A stretch of 22,809 bases of DNA from Octopus sinensis (lineage: Eukaryota): contig NW_021836743.1 of the NCBI RefSeq assembly GCF_006345805.1, positions 1 through 22,809 on the forward strand. The letters run 5' to 3'. Positions 9,891 through 19,879 of the stretch are shown piece by piece; positions within the stretch are counted from its first letter, which is position 1, and every line of letters begins with the position of its first letter. The notes beneath the pieces are model-generated. The model was given only the letters and a program-made list of their open reading frames with translations. It ran no database searches and was not told the DNA's origin. The position numbers and the translations under genes were made by a program.

Positions 9891-10361
9891 GTGGAAGTCA
9901 ACAAGTCAATAACAAAAGACAAAATCAAATAAGAGAAACAAAACATAAAGGGGTGTTCATGGCTAATATTAAGTTATTGCTCTCGAAGAAGGAGAAATGT
10001 TATAAAGTGAAAACTACAGAGTAAAAGTATGACTTTTTGGATGTATGATGTGTGTGTGTGTGAGTGTGTGTGAAACATGTGGGGATATTATTGAAAGATT
10101 TAGGGAACAAAGGGAAATCTATGATGGAAAGTGGCCTGCTCCAGTCTTCTTCCAGCACTCATTAGATTGCCATAATGACACCATAAACAGATTTTGCGTT
10201 TATCTATCCAAGTCTTTGATACTATGTTGAGGCAAGTCACAGAGTCAATCTGCTTAAGAGAATGTATGCCTAGCTTCAGTCGTAAGTCCACTTAAGTGAC
10301 ACGCAAGATTCCCCATCGACACCCTTTTCATTCACAACCCCTTTCACTGTTCATTCATTCA

Positions 10362-10440
<79 letters not shown>

Positions 10441-10443
<3 letters not shown>

Positions 10444-11152
10444 TAGTTTTATTTTTATAGCGTGCTTTCACTTCACTACCGAGCGCAGCTCAATGTGCCT
10501 TGGTATGTGCTGTGATTTGTTGTGATGCTCTGATGGTTATTGTATGGAAAGTGTTCTGCGTAGGATGTGTGCAGTGCCTAGTAGTGCAATTTTCTGTATG
10601 TTATATGTGTTTGTAAGTCCTGGTGTTTTTGTTATGTATTTGTCTGAATATTTTTTTATCATGCCTAATGCACCTACTATGATAGGAATTGTTTCTGTTT
10701 TCAGATTCCACATTCTAGTTACCTCTATTTCCAGGTCTTTGTATTTTGAGAGTTTCTCCATTTCTTTTAGAGAACGTTGTCATCAGCCGGTATGATACAT
10801 CAATTAGAAAGCATTTTTGTTCTTCATGGTCTCTGACAACTATCTCGTCTGTTGGCTTTAATTTCTCTGTCTGTGTGTATCGGCATATCCCAGAGTATGG
10901 TTGCTTTCTCGTTTTCTGTGACCTTTTCTGGTGTGTGCCTATACCATCTTTTTTCTGTTGTTATTCCATAATGTTGGCATAGCTTCCAATGTATGTAGGT
11001 TCCAACTCTGTCATGTCTGTGAATATATTCCTTCTTAGCCAGGACTGGGCAGCTAGAGATAATATGATTTATTGTTTCTTGTCCATCTCCACATATTCTG
11101 CAGTTACTTGTTATATTTCTTTTCATTACATGTTTTTGGTAATTTTGGTAAT
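10441..11152 (-). mobile_element. RLE-LINE family A, 5'-truncated, best-preserved copy; flanked by (ATT)n at 10364-10440 and 11150-11238
   Basis: CRICGDGQETINHIISSCPVLAKKEYIHRHDRVGTYIHWKLC (intact CCHC+RHD), ILWDMPIHTDREIKANR, then after frameshifts EKLSKYKDLEIEVTRMWNLKTETIPIIVGALGMIK...IQKIALLGTAHILRRTLSIQ* and the shared 3' UTR. Confidence 0.96.
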
Positions 11153-11157
11153 AATAA

Positions 11158-11219
<62 letters not shown>

Positions 11220-11240
11220 CATTATTATTATCATTATTAA

Positions 11241-11453
11241 AAACAGCGAACTGGCCGAATCGTTAGCATGCCAGACAAAATGTTTAGTATCATTGATTTC
11301 GGCTCTTTACGTTCTCACTGCAAATTCCGTCGAGGCCAGTTTCACCATTTATAATTTTTTCTAAGATACGTACCAGTTGAACGTTGAACTCGATATAATC
11401 GACTTAACCACTCTTCTAAAATTGTAGGTCGTATGTCAAAATTTGAATCCATT
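11241..11453 (+). mobile_element. SINE S1, degenerate full-length copy
   Basis: gcgaactggccgaatcgttagcatgcc...caaattccgtcgagg...gtaccagttg...caaaatttgaatcc. Confidence 0.8.
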
Positions 11454-11789
11454 GTTTTTTTTTTTCTCCTGTAGTTTTATGATAATTTCTACTGTACTAC
11501 CTGGTGCACCTCCATGTTTCTCACGTCTTTACAATACTGTTATTTTTGTGACATTTACGGATTATAGTCTCCTCCTGTTGGTGTAATGCATCGCTTTGTT
11601 TTGTTATGAGGTTTCATCTCTTGTTTTGTTTATGCTTGTTCTGTTGTGTGTGGTGTATAAATGCGAGTTGTGCTATTTTATAGGACGTTAATCGTGTATA
11701 GTATTTGTTGTGTTTTTTCGATTGTGAGGTACTTCTTGTATAAGGTGTGTGCTGTGCATGATGTTTTTAATTTGAGCTATTCTATTGAA

Positions 11790-12010
11790 TCGTAAACTAT
11801 TCTATTGAATTAGTAATGTCTTACGCAAGATGCCGGTTGTCCCTAACAGAGCTATTTTGGGGCAGTGCGTGCTGTTGTAAGCCCTGTTATGGTTTCTATG
11901 TTTCTATTCGTATATTTAATCCTATCTATCGCTCCAGTTACTATTGTTATTGTGTTTGATTCTAATGCCCCTCATCTTGAAATTTCAATTTCAAGGTCTT
12001 TGTCTTTTGA
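11790..12010 (-). mobile_element. Old RLE-LINE C-terminal fragment
   Basis: Minus-strand translation: SKDKDLEIEISR*GALESNTITIVTGAIDRIK...IALLGTTGILRKTLLIQ*. Confidence 0.75.
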
Positions 12011-12206
12011 TACGTTTACCACCTTTTCCAGCAATATTTTCGAAAGAAGGAGTTGTGGTGCCTATCAGTCTTGCATGCGTTGCGGGCTTGCAACCTGCAG
12101 CCTACGATACCATGCTATCCGTTCATTTCAGCTATGTAATACTTACCTGCTTATTCTGTGCCTATCAGTTTGTTTTCCAGTATTTTATTATTATTCCTGG
12201 ACGGAA

Positions 12207-12420
12207 TGCTTCGAGCTGGCAGAATCGTTAGCACACTGGGCAAATGCTTAGCGGCATTTCATCCAATATAGGTTCAGAGTTCAAATTCCATCAGGGTCGA
12301 CATTGCCTTTCATCCTCTTGGGTGGATAAAATAAGTACCAGTTAAATACTAGGGTTGATGTAATCGACTTATCCCCTCCTCCGAAATTGTTGGCCTTGGG
12401 CCAAAATCTGAATCCCGTTA
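12207..12420 (+). mobile_element. SINE S1, full length
   Basis: cgagctggcagaatcgttagcac (A-box-like) ... gagttcaaattcc (B-box-like) ... gcctttcatcctcttgggtggataaaataagtaccag. Confidence 0.9.
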
Positions 12421-12444
12421 TGTTGTACCAAAATTTGAAACGCT

Positions 12445-13000
12445 TTGATTTGGACGGGATGATATCAGGTTTTTGTCATGTATCGTGCTTAGAACATACT
12501 TGTACCATTTTTTCGTTTTCACTTCGAAGTAACAGCATATTGCCCAACAGATGTAGCTGCCAATTCGATCATGACTGTGTATGTACGAGTAAATTCAGAT
12601 TTGGCAACAAGTGGGAAGCCTGACATAATGTGTTCAACTGTCACACTGGGCTGGTTGTACGTTCTGCTTTTGGTGTTAGGATTCGTCTTCGTTATTTTTA
12701 CCTCCGCCTTAGAGAAGGCGGAGATATTGTTTTCAGTCGTGTTGAGATATCTTGTCTGTGGACAAGATATCTCAAGAACCGCTGGAAAGCATTCGGATGA
12801 CACTTTCATCAATGTTTGGCCTCGTGACTGGCATGAGCTGATTAGATTTGGGGATCGATCCGGTCCCGAATAAGGATTCTGGTTTATTTGTTATATTTAC
12901 TCTACAGGAAGTTCACTTTCAAGTCCTTCTCTCATTATCTCCCTTGGAAGCACGCTCATGGTTTCCACGCAAATTATGGCGACGTTTCTGTTTCCAAAGT
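12445..13000 (-). mobile_element. Old RLE-LINE fragment (linker, degenerate CCHC, RHD, KPD)
   Basis: TVEHIMSGFPLVAKSEFT; frameshifted HDRIGSYICWAICCYFEVKTKKWYK; KPDII near 12460. Confidence 0.8.
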
Positions 13001-13267
13001 TTTTTGTTTTTTTTCGTTTCTCTATCATTAATTTTACTTGTGTCTCTATCTTAGTAGAAATTGATGGATAAAGAAATCAAACTACGTAAACAAACGGCAG
13101 CAAAACCATTCAGAAATTAAATAACACTAACATATTCAGTAACAATAATAAATTTAATTTTTCCTTGAGATTTTTAGTTCTTTGAATATATTGCTTCTGT
13201 TTAAAACCTCTTACCTACTTGACAATTTTATTTCAAGCTCTGCCTTGAAGGAAGCTTTACTTTTTGA

Positions 13268-13422
13268 AGTCACGTTTTTGAACTAACGATGTTGTTGAAC
13301 CTCCGTTAACAGCACCACATGCAGGTCCTTTCTGTTTTCCTTCACGCACGGATAAATATTTCACTATAGACCTTAATGGTTGTAAAGACACTATATCAGT
13401 GGATAGACTAAAAAAGGCCTTC
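13268..13422 (+). mobile_element. Ty3/Gypsy integrase C-terminal GPY/F module remnant
   Basis: SHVF/(frameshift)TNDVVEPPLTAPHAGPFCFPSRTDKYFTIDLNGCKDTISVDRLKKAF resembles the Gypsy motif HVF...PL.PPY.GPF.V..R..K.F.I...G..D.VS.DRLKPA. Confidence 0.8.
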
Positions 13423-13733
13423 ACAGAGAAAACTGTCCCTGTTCCCAGTGCAAACGACACACACACAGCATTACAAACACGGCCCACACACCTACCTTCA
13501 CATTCCATGACTACCATTTGGAATGATCAGGTACCAGACAAGGAGTCTGGATTATTTTTCAATTTTTCTTTTGCTTAATTTTTGAGAGCGGTCGGATTCA
13601 TTTTTAGTATTCTCTTTTGTGACAGCAGTCGAGTTTATTTCAAATATTCTCATTTCGAAAATCATCTCCGGTTAATCGTTGAGAGGACGTTGGTGTTGCC
13701 TTGGCGGGAGTTTGCGCTCTCTGAGTGCTCTTG

Positions 13734-13777
<44 letters not shown>

Positions 13778-13791
13778 TTATTATTATTATT

Positions 13792-14334
13792 GAGTGAGAG
13801 AGCCATCAAAGTGACACTGGGGTAAAATATACGAAGCCCAATATACCCATCATGACTACACGTCTGATAAGGGTACACCAGGCACATGCATCACAACCAT
13901 ATGTGCGCGACATGGTGATCTCATATCAAGATAAACAGCACATGACCTTGCAGGTGGGGCCCAGTTAGAATTTTCTTCAGGTTGAGTAGCCCATCACGCT
14001 CAAACGGTCCCTGAATAAGGGTTGTTTAAGGATGTTGAAAGAACCACCCATGTTTCCAGAGGTGAACTATTCAAACCCCAAAGAATCCCTCTCAACACAT
14101 GGCTATGATGCTCCCCCACTACTTCTGCTCGTGATCAGAGATGTACATATCGTCAGCCCTAAGGGACATACTCAACTGGTTAAGGTCAACAACTGACAAG
14201 CAAATCTGTGGTATTGAGCAGAATATTTGCTGTAGCCCATCTTTTATACCAAGACAAAACAATGTACATGATAACACTTCCAATCAGTTAAGATCAGAAG
14301 CCATGATAGCCACTGCCTGGTACTGCATCAGGGC

Positions 14335-14338
<4 letters not shown>
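13792..14338 (-). mobile_element. Element B copy 4, full length, flanked by (ATT)n at 13733-13791 and 14337-14373
   Basis: Reverse complement starts aatgccctgatgcagtaccaggcagtggc and ends ctctctcactc. Confidence 0.93.
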
Positions 14339-14374
<36 letters not shown>

Positions 14375-14974
14375 GGTATTGTGCAGCGCGAATCAGTTCT
14401 TCCGTTTCTGCTTTTAGGCCGGAGTTTTTGAGTCATTGTTGACTTTCACTCACTTCTCAATTGAGCTTTGCAGAGTGTTGGCCATGGAGTGGTGTTTCTC
14501 TTCATTTTTTCTTAAGAAGGTTTTGTAAATTTGTTGTCATGTTTTATTTTTGTATACTTAATCATTTCTGTCTAGTTGTTATCTAAATTTATTGTTTCGT
14601 TCTAGCCTGTTTCTACTTTGTATATTATCACTTACTTGTGTAAGGAGAATTTTTTTCTTATTTTTGTTCGCCTTTCTTTATTACATTTATGAATCGTTCA
14701 TTATTTGTTTCTAAGTCCAATCCAATTGTTATTTTATAGCAGTTTCCTATTTGTGTCAGGCCACGTTCGGAGTAGGTATAGTCTGTCTGTATCTACTTTG
14801 AGATTGTGGTTCCGAGATGTTATCAATAGTTTCCGAGTTTTTCTAAGTTTTTCAATTCACTTAGGTTTTACTTTATTATATTAACGCGAGTTTATCACTG
14901 ATATCGCTACTGTATTTATACCAATTATCTTATTTCTAGCACTCAGCTCAGTTTTTAATATTAGTTTAACTCTT

Positions 14975-15572
14975 TAAGGCGGCAAACTAGCAGAAACGTT
15001 AGCACACTGGGCGAAATGCCTAGCGGTATTTCCTCTGCCGCTACGCTCTGAGTTCAAATTGCGCCGAGGTCGACTTTGCTTTTCATCCTATCGGGGTCGA
15101 TTAAATAAGTACCAGTTACGCACTGGAGTCGATATAATCGACTTAATCCGTTTGTCTGTCCTTGTTTGTCCTCTCTGTGTTTAGCCCCTTGTGGGTAGTA
15201 AAGAAATAGGTATTTCGTCTGCTGTACGTTCTGAGTTCAAATTCCGCCGAGGTCGACTTTGCTTTTCGTCCTTCGGGGCCGATAAATTAAGAACCAGTTA
15301 CGCACTGGGGTCGATGTAATCTACTTAATCCCTTTGTCTGTCCTTGTTTGTCCCCTCTATGTTAAGCCCCTTGTGGGCAATAAAGAAATAAGAATCGTTA
15401 GCACGCCGGGAAAAATGATTAGCAGTATTTCGTCTGTCTTTACGTTCTAAGTTCAAATTCTACCGAGGTTGACTTTGCTTTTCATCCTTTCGGGGTTGTT
15501 AAAATAAGTACCACTTGTAATAGACTTACACCCTGCCCCGACATTGCTGGCCTTGTGCCAAAATTTTAAACC
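14975..15572 (+). mobile_element. Composite trimeric SINE S1 flanked by a target-site duplication
   Basis: Three S1 bodies in tandem (~14975, ~15211, ~15391). The first two carry the tail gtctgtccttgtttgtc...agccccttgtggg...aaagaaata. Flanking repeats at 14957-14974 and 15573-15590. Confidence 0.9.
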
Positions 15573-15590
15573 AACATTAGTTTAACTCTT

Positions 15591-15790
15591 AAGGCGGCGA
15601 TCTGGCGTAATTGTTACCATGCCGAAAAATTGCTAAGCGGCATTTCTTCCGATTTAACTTTCTGAGTTCAAGTTCTGCCGAGGTCGACTTTGCCTTTCAA
15701 TAAAATAAGTATCAGCTTAGCACTGGGGTCCATATAATGGACGTACCCCCTCTCCTGAAACTGCTGGTATTTGTACCAAAATATGAAACC
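15591..15790 (+). mobile_element. SINE S1 monomer flanked by the same target-site duplication
   Basis: aaggcggcgatctggcg...gagttcaagttctgccgaggtcgactttgcc...tgaaacc; flanks 15573-15590 and 15791-15808. Confidence 0.88.
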
Positions 15791-15860
15791 AATATTAGTT
15801 TAACTCTTCTATAGCATTATCTCCCAATTTGTTTCTTTCATTTTCATGAGTTGTATTCAT

Positions 15861-16125
15861 AAATAAAATAATTCAATGTGCCCTTTTAAAGCCTGGCTAA
15901 GCTCAAGGGCCCGGTTTCCCCGTTTCTATGGCGTATGTGTTCCCCAGCTGGACGGGACGCCAGTCCATCACAGCGTTACTCATTCTTGCCAGCTGAGTGG
16001 ACTGGAGCAACGTGAAATGAAATGTCTTGCTCAAGAACTCAACGCCTCACCCGGTCCAGGAATCGAAACCACAATCTTACGATCATGGTGCTGACACCCT
16101 AACCACTAAGCCACGCGCCTCCACG
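15861..16125 (-). mobile_element. tRNA-derived SINE family S2 (possibly CORE-type), with 11-bp TSD
   Basis: Minus strand: gtggaggcgcgtggcttagtggttagg (A box) ... ggtttcgattcc (B box) ... ttgagcaagacatttcatttcacgttgctccagtccactcagctgg. TSD gttgtattcat (15850-15860) / gttgtatacat (16126-16136). Confidence 0.88.
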
Positions 16126-16577
16126 GTTGTATACATGCTGATTCCTATTACTCCGAGGTAGGAATAGGTAATTTTATTTTCATTCTCTAATTTCAGAGTC
16201 TACGTCTAGTATATTTTCAGTGCTGATTAATTTCCCCCTTCTTTACCGCTTCGCGCGTTTGCTTAACCCAATACTCATCTTTACGTCTTGCTTGATATTA
16301 TGGACAATTTTTAGAATGTTTTTCTCATTTATTATTATTCTTTGCGAAGATATTTAAGTCGTCGATACTCAGGAGATGAATTCTATTTTGCCCATAGCAC
16401 CTGTATCCCTTGGTGGTTGCATTTAGCAAGATTGTTGTGTCAGAGTAAGGCAGAAAAGTAAGGGGAACAATATTCACCTTGGAAAATTCCTTAACTTATA
16501 AGTATAGAGATATCTTTCCAAAGTCTTGGCAGTTTTTCTGAAATTATAATTTTCTGAAACTATTATAGTTATCATTA

Positions 16578-17044
16578 TCGAGGGAGAGAGCAACAAATGC
16601 CATCAAAGTGACATTGGGGTACAAATATACGCAGCCCAATATATCGGCCCGATAACAGTACACCAGGCACATGCATCACAACCATATGTGCGCAACATGA
16701 TGATCTCATATCAAGATATGAACTTGCGGGTGGAGCCCAGTTAGATTTTTCTTGAGGTCGAGTAGGACATACCTTTCAAAAGATCCCTGAATACATAGTG
16801 GGAGAGCATTATGCGCGTTTGTTTAAGGATGGTGAACAAAATAAAAAAAACATGTTTTCAGAGGTGACTTATCCAAACCCCAAAGAATTCTTCTCAACAC
16901 ATGGCTATGATGTTCACCCAATACTTCTGCTCATAATCAGAGGTGCACATATAGTCAGCCAGTAAGGGACATGCTCAACTGGTAAATGTCAAGCAACTGA
17001 CAAGTAAATCTGTGGTATTGAGCAGAATATTTGCTGTAGTCCAT
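16578..17044 (-). mobile_element. Element B copy 5, diverged and 5'-truncated
   Basis: gccatcaaagtgacattggggta...gcacatgcatcacaaccatatgtg...ctgtggtattgagcagaatatttgctgtag is the reverse complement of B. Confidence 0.88.
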
Positions 17045-17266
17045 GACAAAATCGCAGACTAGAGCATACACATGATCATAAAAACACAAATTTCACAACT
17101 TGCGAAGTAAACACAGTGGTGTAACTCGGCACACTGCCTCGTGATGGTCTCTACTAATTCTCATTGTGCATGCAACTGTGTGCTACCATCTGTTGGCGCG
17201 CTATAAGACTAATCCGGGAACATTTTGATATATATCTGTACACCTTGTATGTATATCTATATATAT

Positions 17267-17589
17267 AAAGACTCCGCCGGTTACGACGACGAGGGTCCCA
17301 GCTGATACGATCAACGGAACAGCTTGCTCGTGAAATTAACGTGCAAATGGCCGAGCATTCCACAGACACGTGTACCCTTAACGTAGTTCTCGGGGATAAT
17401 CAGCGTGACACAGAGAGTGACAAGGCTGACCCTTTGAAATACAAGTAACCTCATTTTTGCCAGCTGAGTGGACTGGAGCAACGTGAAATAAAGTGTCTTG
17501 CTCAAGGGACAAACGCGTCGCCGGGAATCGAACTCACAACCTTACGATCATGAGCCGAATGTCCTAACCACTAAGCCACGCGCCCTCAC
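17267..17589 (-). mobile_element. SINE S2, full length with a different 3' tail from the 15861 copy
   Basis: Minus strand: gtgagggcgcgtggcttagtggttaggacattcggctcatgatcgtaaggttgtgagttcgattcccggc (clear A/B boxes), followed by the shared central domain. Confidence 0.92.
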
Positions 17590-17784
17590 TTCTATATATA
17601 TACCATGCAAAAGACTTGTATATATTGTAAATTTCTACTAGTTGCCAACTTACAAGTAGATGTTTTGCATAACATTTTTTACAGATGAAACATTGGCCCT
17701 GTTGGAGTCATTTCCATACCTAATCGTTATATTTTGTAGTAGGAGTTCTGAATGAAAGGGGAAGATGGGAGATGACCACCAAAA

Positions 17785-18120
17785 ATGGCTGTGCAAAAGT
17801 TTTCAATCACCTCACACAAACCAATCAAGATACAGTGTTTTATAACAGAAAAATGTATTTACCGAAAATTTATTACATAATGTTCATTTTAAGAAGCTTC
17901 TGTATGTTGTTAATATTTCGTGTAGCTTCCCTTAGCTTGAATAATTGCTTCAATGCACCTGGGAAGAGATGCATACAAATCCTTCATCATCTTCACAGAT
18001 ATGAGATGCCATTCTCTGTTGCTGAGCAGCCACAACTCTTCAAAATTGCGAAATATCCACTTATAAGTTGGCAATTTGTAGGAATATACAATGGTTTAAA
18101 TAGTCGAAGAGTTTTACACG
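17785..18120 (-). mobile_element. Tc1-like DNA transposon, 3' fragment
   Basis: Minus frame ending at the stop near 17910: FEELWLLSNREWHLISVKMMKDLYASLPRCIEAIIQAKGSYTKY* (Tc1 C-terminal motif EW..I....L..SMP.R..AVI.AKG..TKY). TIR-like acttttgcacagc near 17790. Confidence 0.85.
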
Positions 18121-18124
18121 GTGC

Positions 18125-18139
18125 TGTATATATATATAT

Positions 18140-18187
<48 letters not shown>

Positions 18188-18250
18188 TGAGTGTGTGTGC
18201 GTGCGTGTATGTATTCATCTATCTATCTATATATATATTTATATATAATT
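18125..18250. repeat. (TA)n/(TG)n microsatellites
   Basis: Direct inspection. Confidence 0.95.
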
Positions 18251-18380
18251 TTTTGAGGGAATATTAATCCTAACTTACTGGGAAAAAATTCAATTTAGAA
18301 ATACTAAATCAAATTTCACACAATATAACATATATATATAAAATTAGAAAAAAAAACACCTTTTATCAATTCAAAATGAA

Positions 18381-18468
18381 CAGGTGTTTGCTCAAGAACA
18401 CAACACGCCTCTCGGTCCAGGAATCGAACCCACGATCTAGCGATCGTGAGTGCACCACCCTGACCATT
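18381..18468 (-). mobile_element. SINE S2, 5' partial
   Basis: tttgctcaagaacacaacacgcctctcggtccaggaatcgaacccacgatc matches the reverse complement of the S2 head. Confidence 0.8.
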
Positions 18469-18499
18469 ATATATATATAGATGTCAAAAAAATATGTTA

Positions 18500-19570
18500 T
18501 AATACTATTCCGCATATACAAAAATAGTCATACCTCCAATCCAACATACCTCCATCATCAGCTGCCCCACGGATACCCTTATTGTTTCGACACCTGGGAA
18601 GTACTATTCAATCCGGTGGTGTCAACAGCACTAAAATAAGTGTTGTTAGGCAACAAACAAATCAAAGACACCCCAACTTTCAAACACATTTACCCAATGT
18701 AAAACCATATCGATAAAATAATTCAATAAGTAAATTACTTCCAACTCCTAAATACGTAACTAAACAATGACCAATCGATTAAGTGATACAAAAATTATAA
18801 TCCCTGCCGTCTTCCATAGTATAATATAAAAGTGAAATCTTAGTTCTTCCTATAAATTGATCGAATCAATTTATATTTTAATAAAGCTACAACAAAGAAA
18901 CATATAAACCAATGTACATTGTATCGGTACATTGCAATAACTAAATTGTATGCTAAATCGCGACCAATCTTTAAGTCCATACAAATGATAATCCCACCAG
19001 TCTTCCATAGTTATTACCATAATAAAAGTTAAATCTTTATATACATCTCTCCAAAGAAAAACAAACACGACTGAAATTAATTTAACTAATAATATAATAA
19101 TTATGAGTGAAATACATTATTTATCATTCAAAAATAAATAATAAAACACTACAGACTCATTAATACATCAACACTACAAGTTACTAATAGAAACAGTAAC
19201 TAATAGAAACATAAAATTTTATCAAATAGGAACTAATAAAAGTACTTGTAATTAACTATTATTAAAAACAAACCTTGCTATGTTTAAAGCTAATTAAACT
19301 GTTTAAAAGATAATAAAACTACAAGAATTAATGCTTACACGTTTTATCAGACACGCGGTTCCATCACCAAGAATTGAAAGGACCAGTTTAAGTATTGAAG
19401 ATGTAGAGAGTAATTACTACTTTTTCAATAATCTCAAACAATGTTGGTGATATAGTAAGCAAATAACTCGAATCGTAAACCTTCCAAATCCTTACAAATA
19501 TTTGCTAAGGTGAAGACTAGATACTAGCCCATAGGTATTTAAAATTTCAAGTTTTCCACCTAAACAACGA
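18500..19570 (-). mobile_element. Possible highly decayed Penelope-like 3' region
   Basis: Weak FEIIEK..LYI motif near 19400-19440, AT-rich tail and a broken hammerhead-like motif at 18585-18628. Tentative. Confidence 0.3.
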
Positions 19571-19592
19571 TTACCGTTTTAACCAATTTACC

Positions 19593-19620
19593 ATATATAT
19601 ATATGTATATATATATAATA

Positions 19621-19700
<80 letters not shown>

Positions 19701-19720
19701 GTATATATTATATATATATG

Positions 19721-19754
<34 letters not shown>

Positions 19755-19757
19755 ATG

Positions 19758-19790
<33 letters not shown>

Positions 19791-19837
19791 GAATATGAAT
19801 ATATATATTTACACTTATACGTATATGTGTTTGTATA

Positions 19838-19878
<41 letters not shown>
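19593..19878. repeat. Long (TA)n microsatellite
   Basis: Direct inspection. Confidence 0.98.

Positions 19879-19879
<1 letters not shown>

Larger units (their letters stand above)
14375..16560 (-). mobile_element. Ancient RLE-LINE RT fragment interrupted by three SINE insertions
   Basis: Colinear minus-strand motifs: GIFQG..LFPLLFCL (~16490), HLLSIDDLNIFAK (degenerate YMDD, ~16350), TYSYLGVI (16145-16170), CYRRVKLILKTELSARNKIIGINT (across the TSD), KVDTDRLYL (~14785), PLHGQ and SGLKAETEELIRAAQ (~14380-14490). Confidence 0.85.

Noticed and set aside
11135-11155. attaccaaa x2 as a 5' junction duplication in LINE A
   Set aside because: It can equally be explained by a small deletion in an 'LPTRNYQK'-type coding sequence; too short to decide.
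16141-16165. attccta/taggaat hairpin
   Set aside because: A 7-bp AT-rich stem lying within LINE coding sequence (TYSYLGV); compatible with chance.
11450-16560. One single 5-kb LINE spanning all minus-strand fragments
   Set aside because: The 12445-13000 and 14375-14500 pieces both cover the 'HG...ETE..AQDQ' region, so they come from different copies.
17510-17589. tRNA gene (A and B boxes present)
   Set aside because: It continues into a repeated SINE body, and I could not form a full cloverleaf acceptor stem. These are SINE heads, as are the S1 heads.
17675-17684. Splice-acceptor-like ttttttacag suggesting a host exon
   Set aside because: No coherent downstream reading frame or donor could be supported.
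17772-18248. 158-aa plus-strand ORF as a host gene
   Set aside because: It is antisense to the Tc1 transposase remnant and runs into (TG)n.
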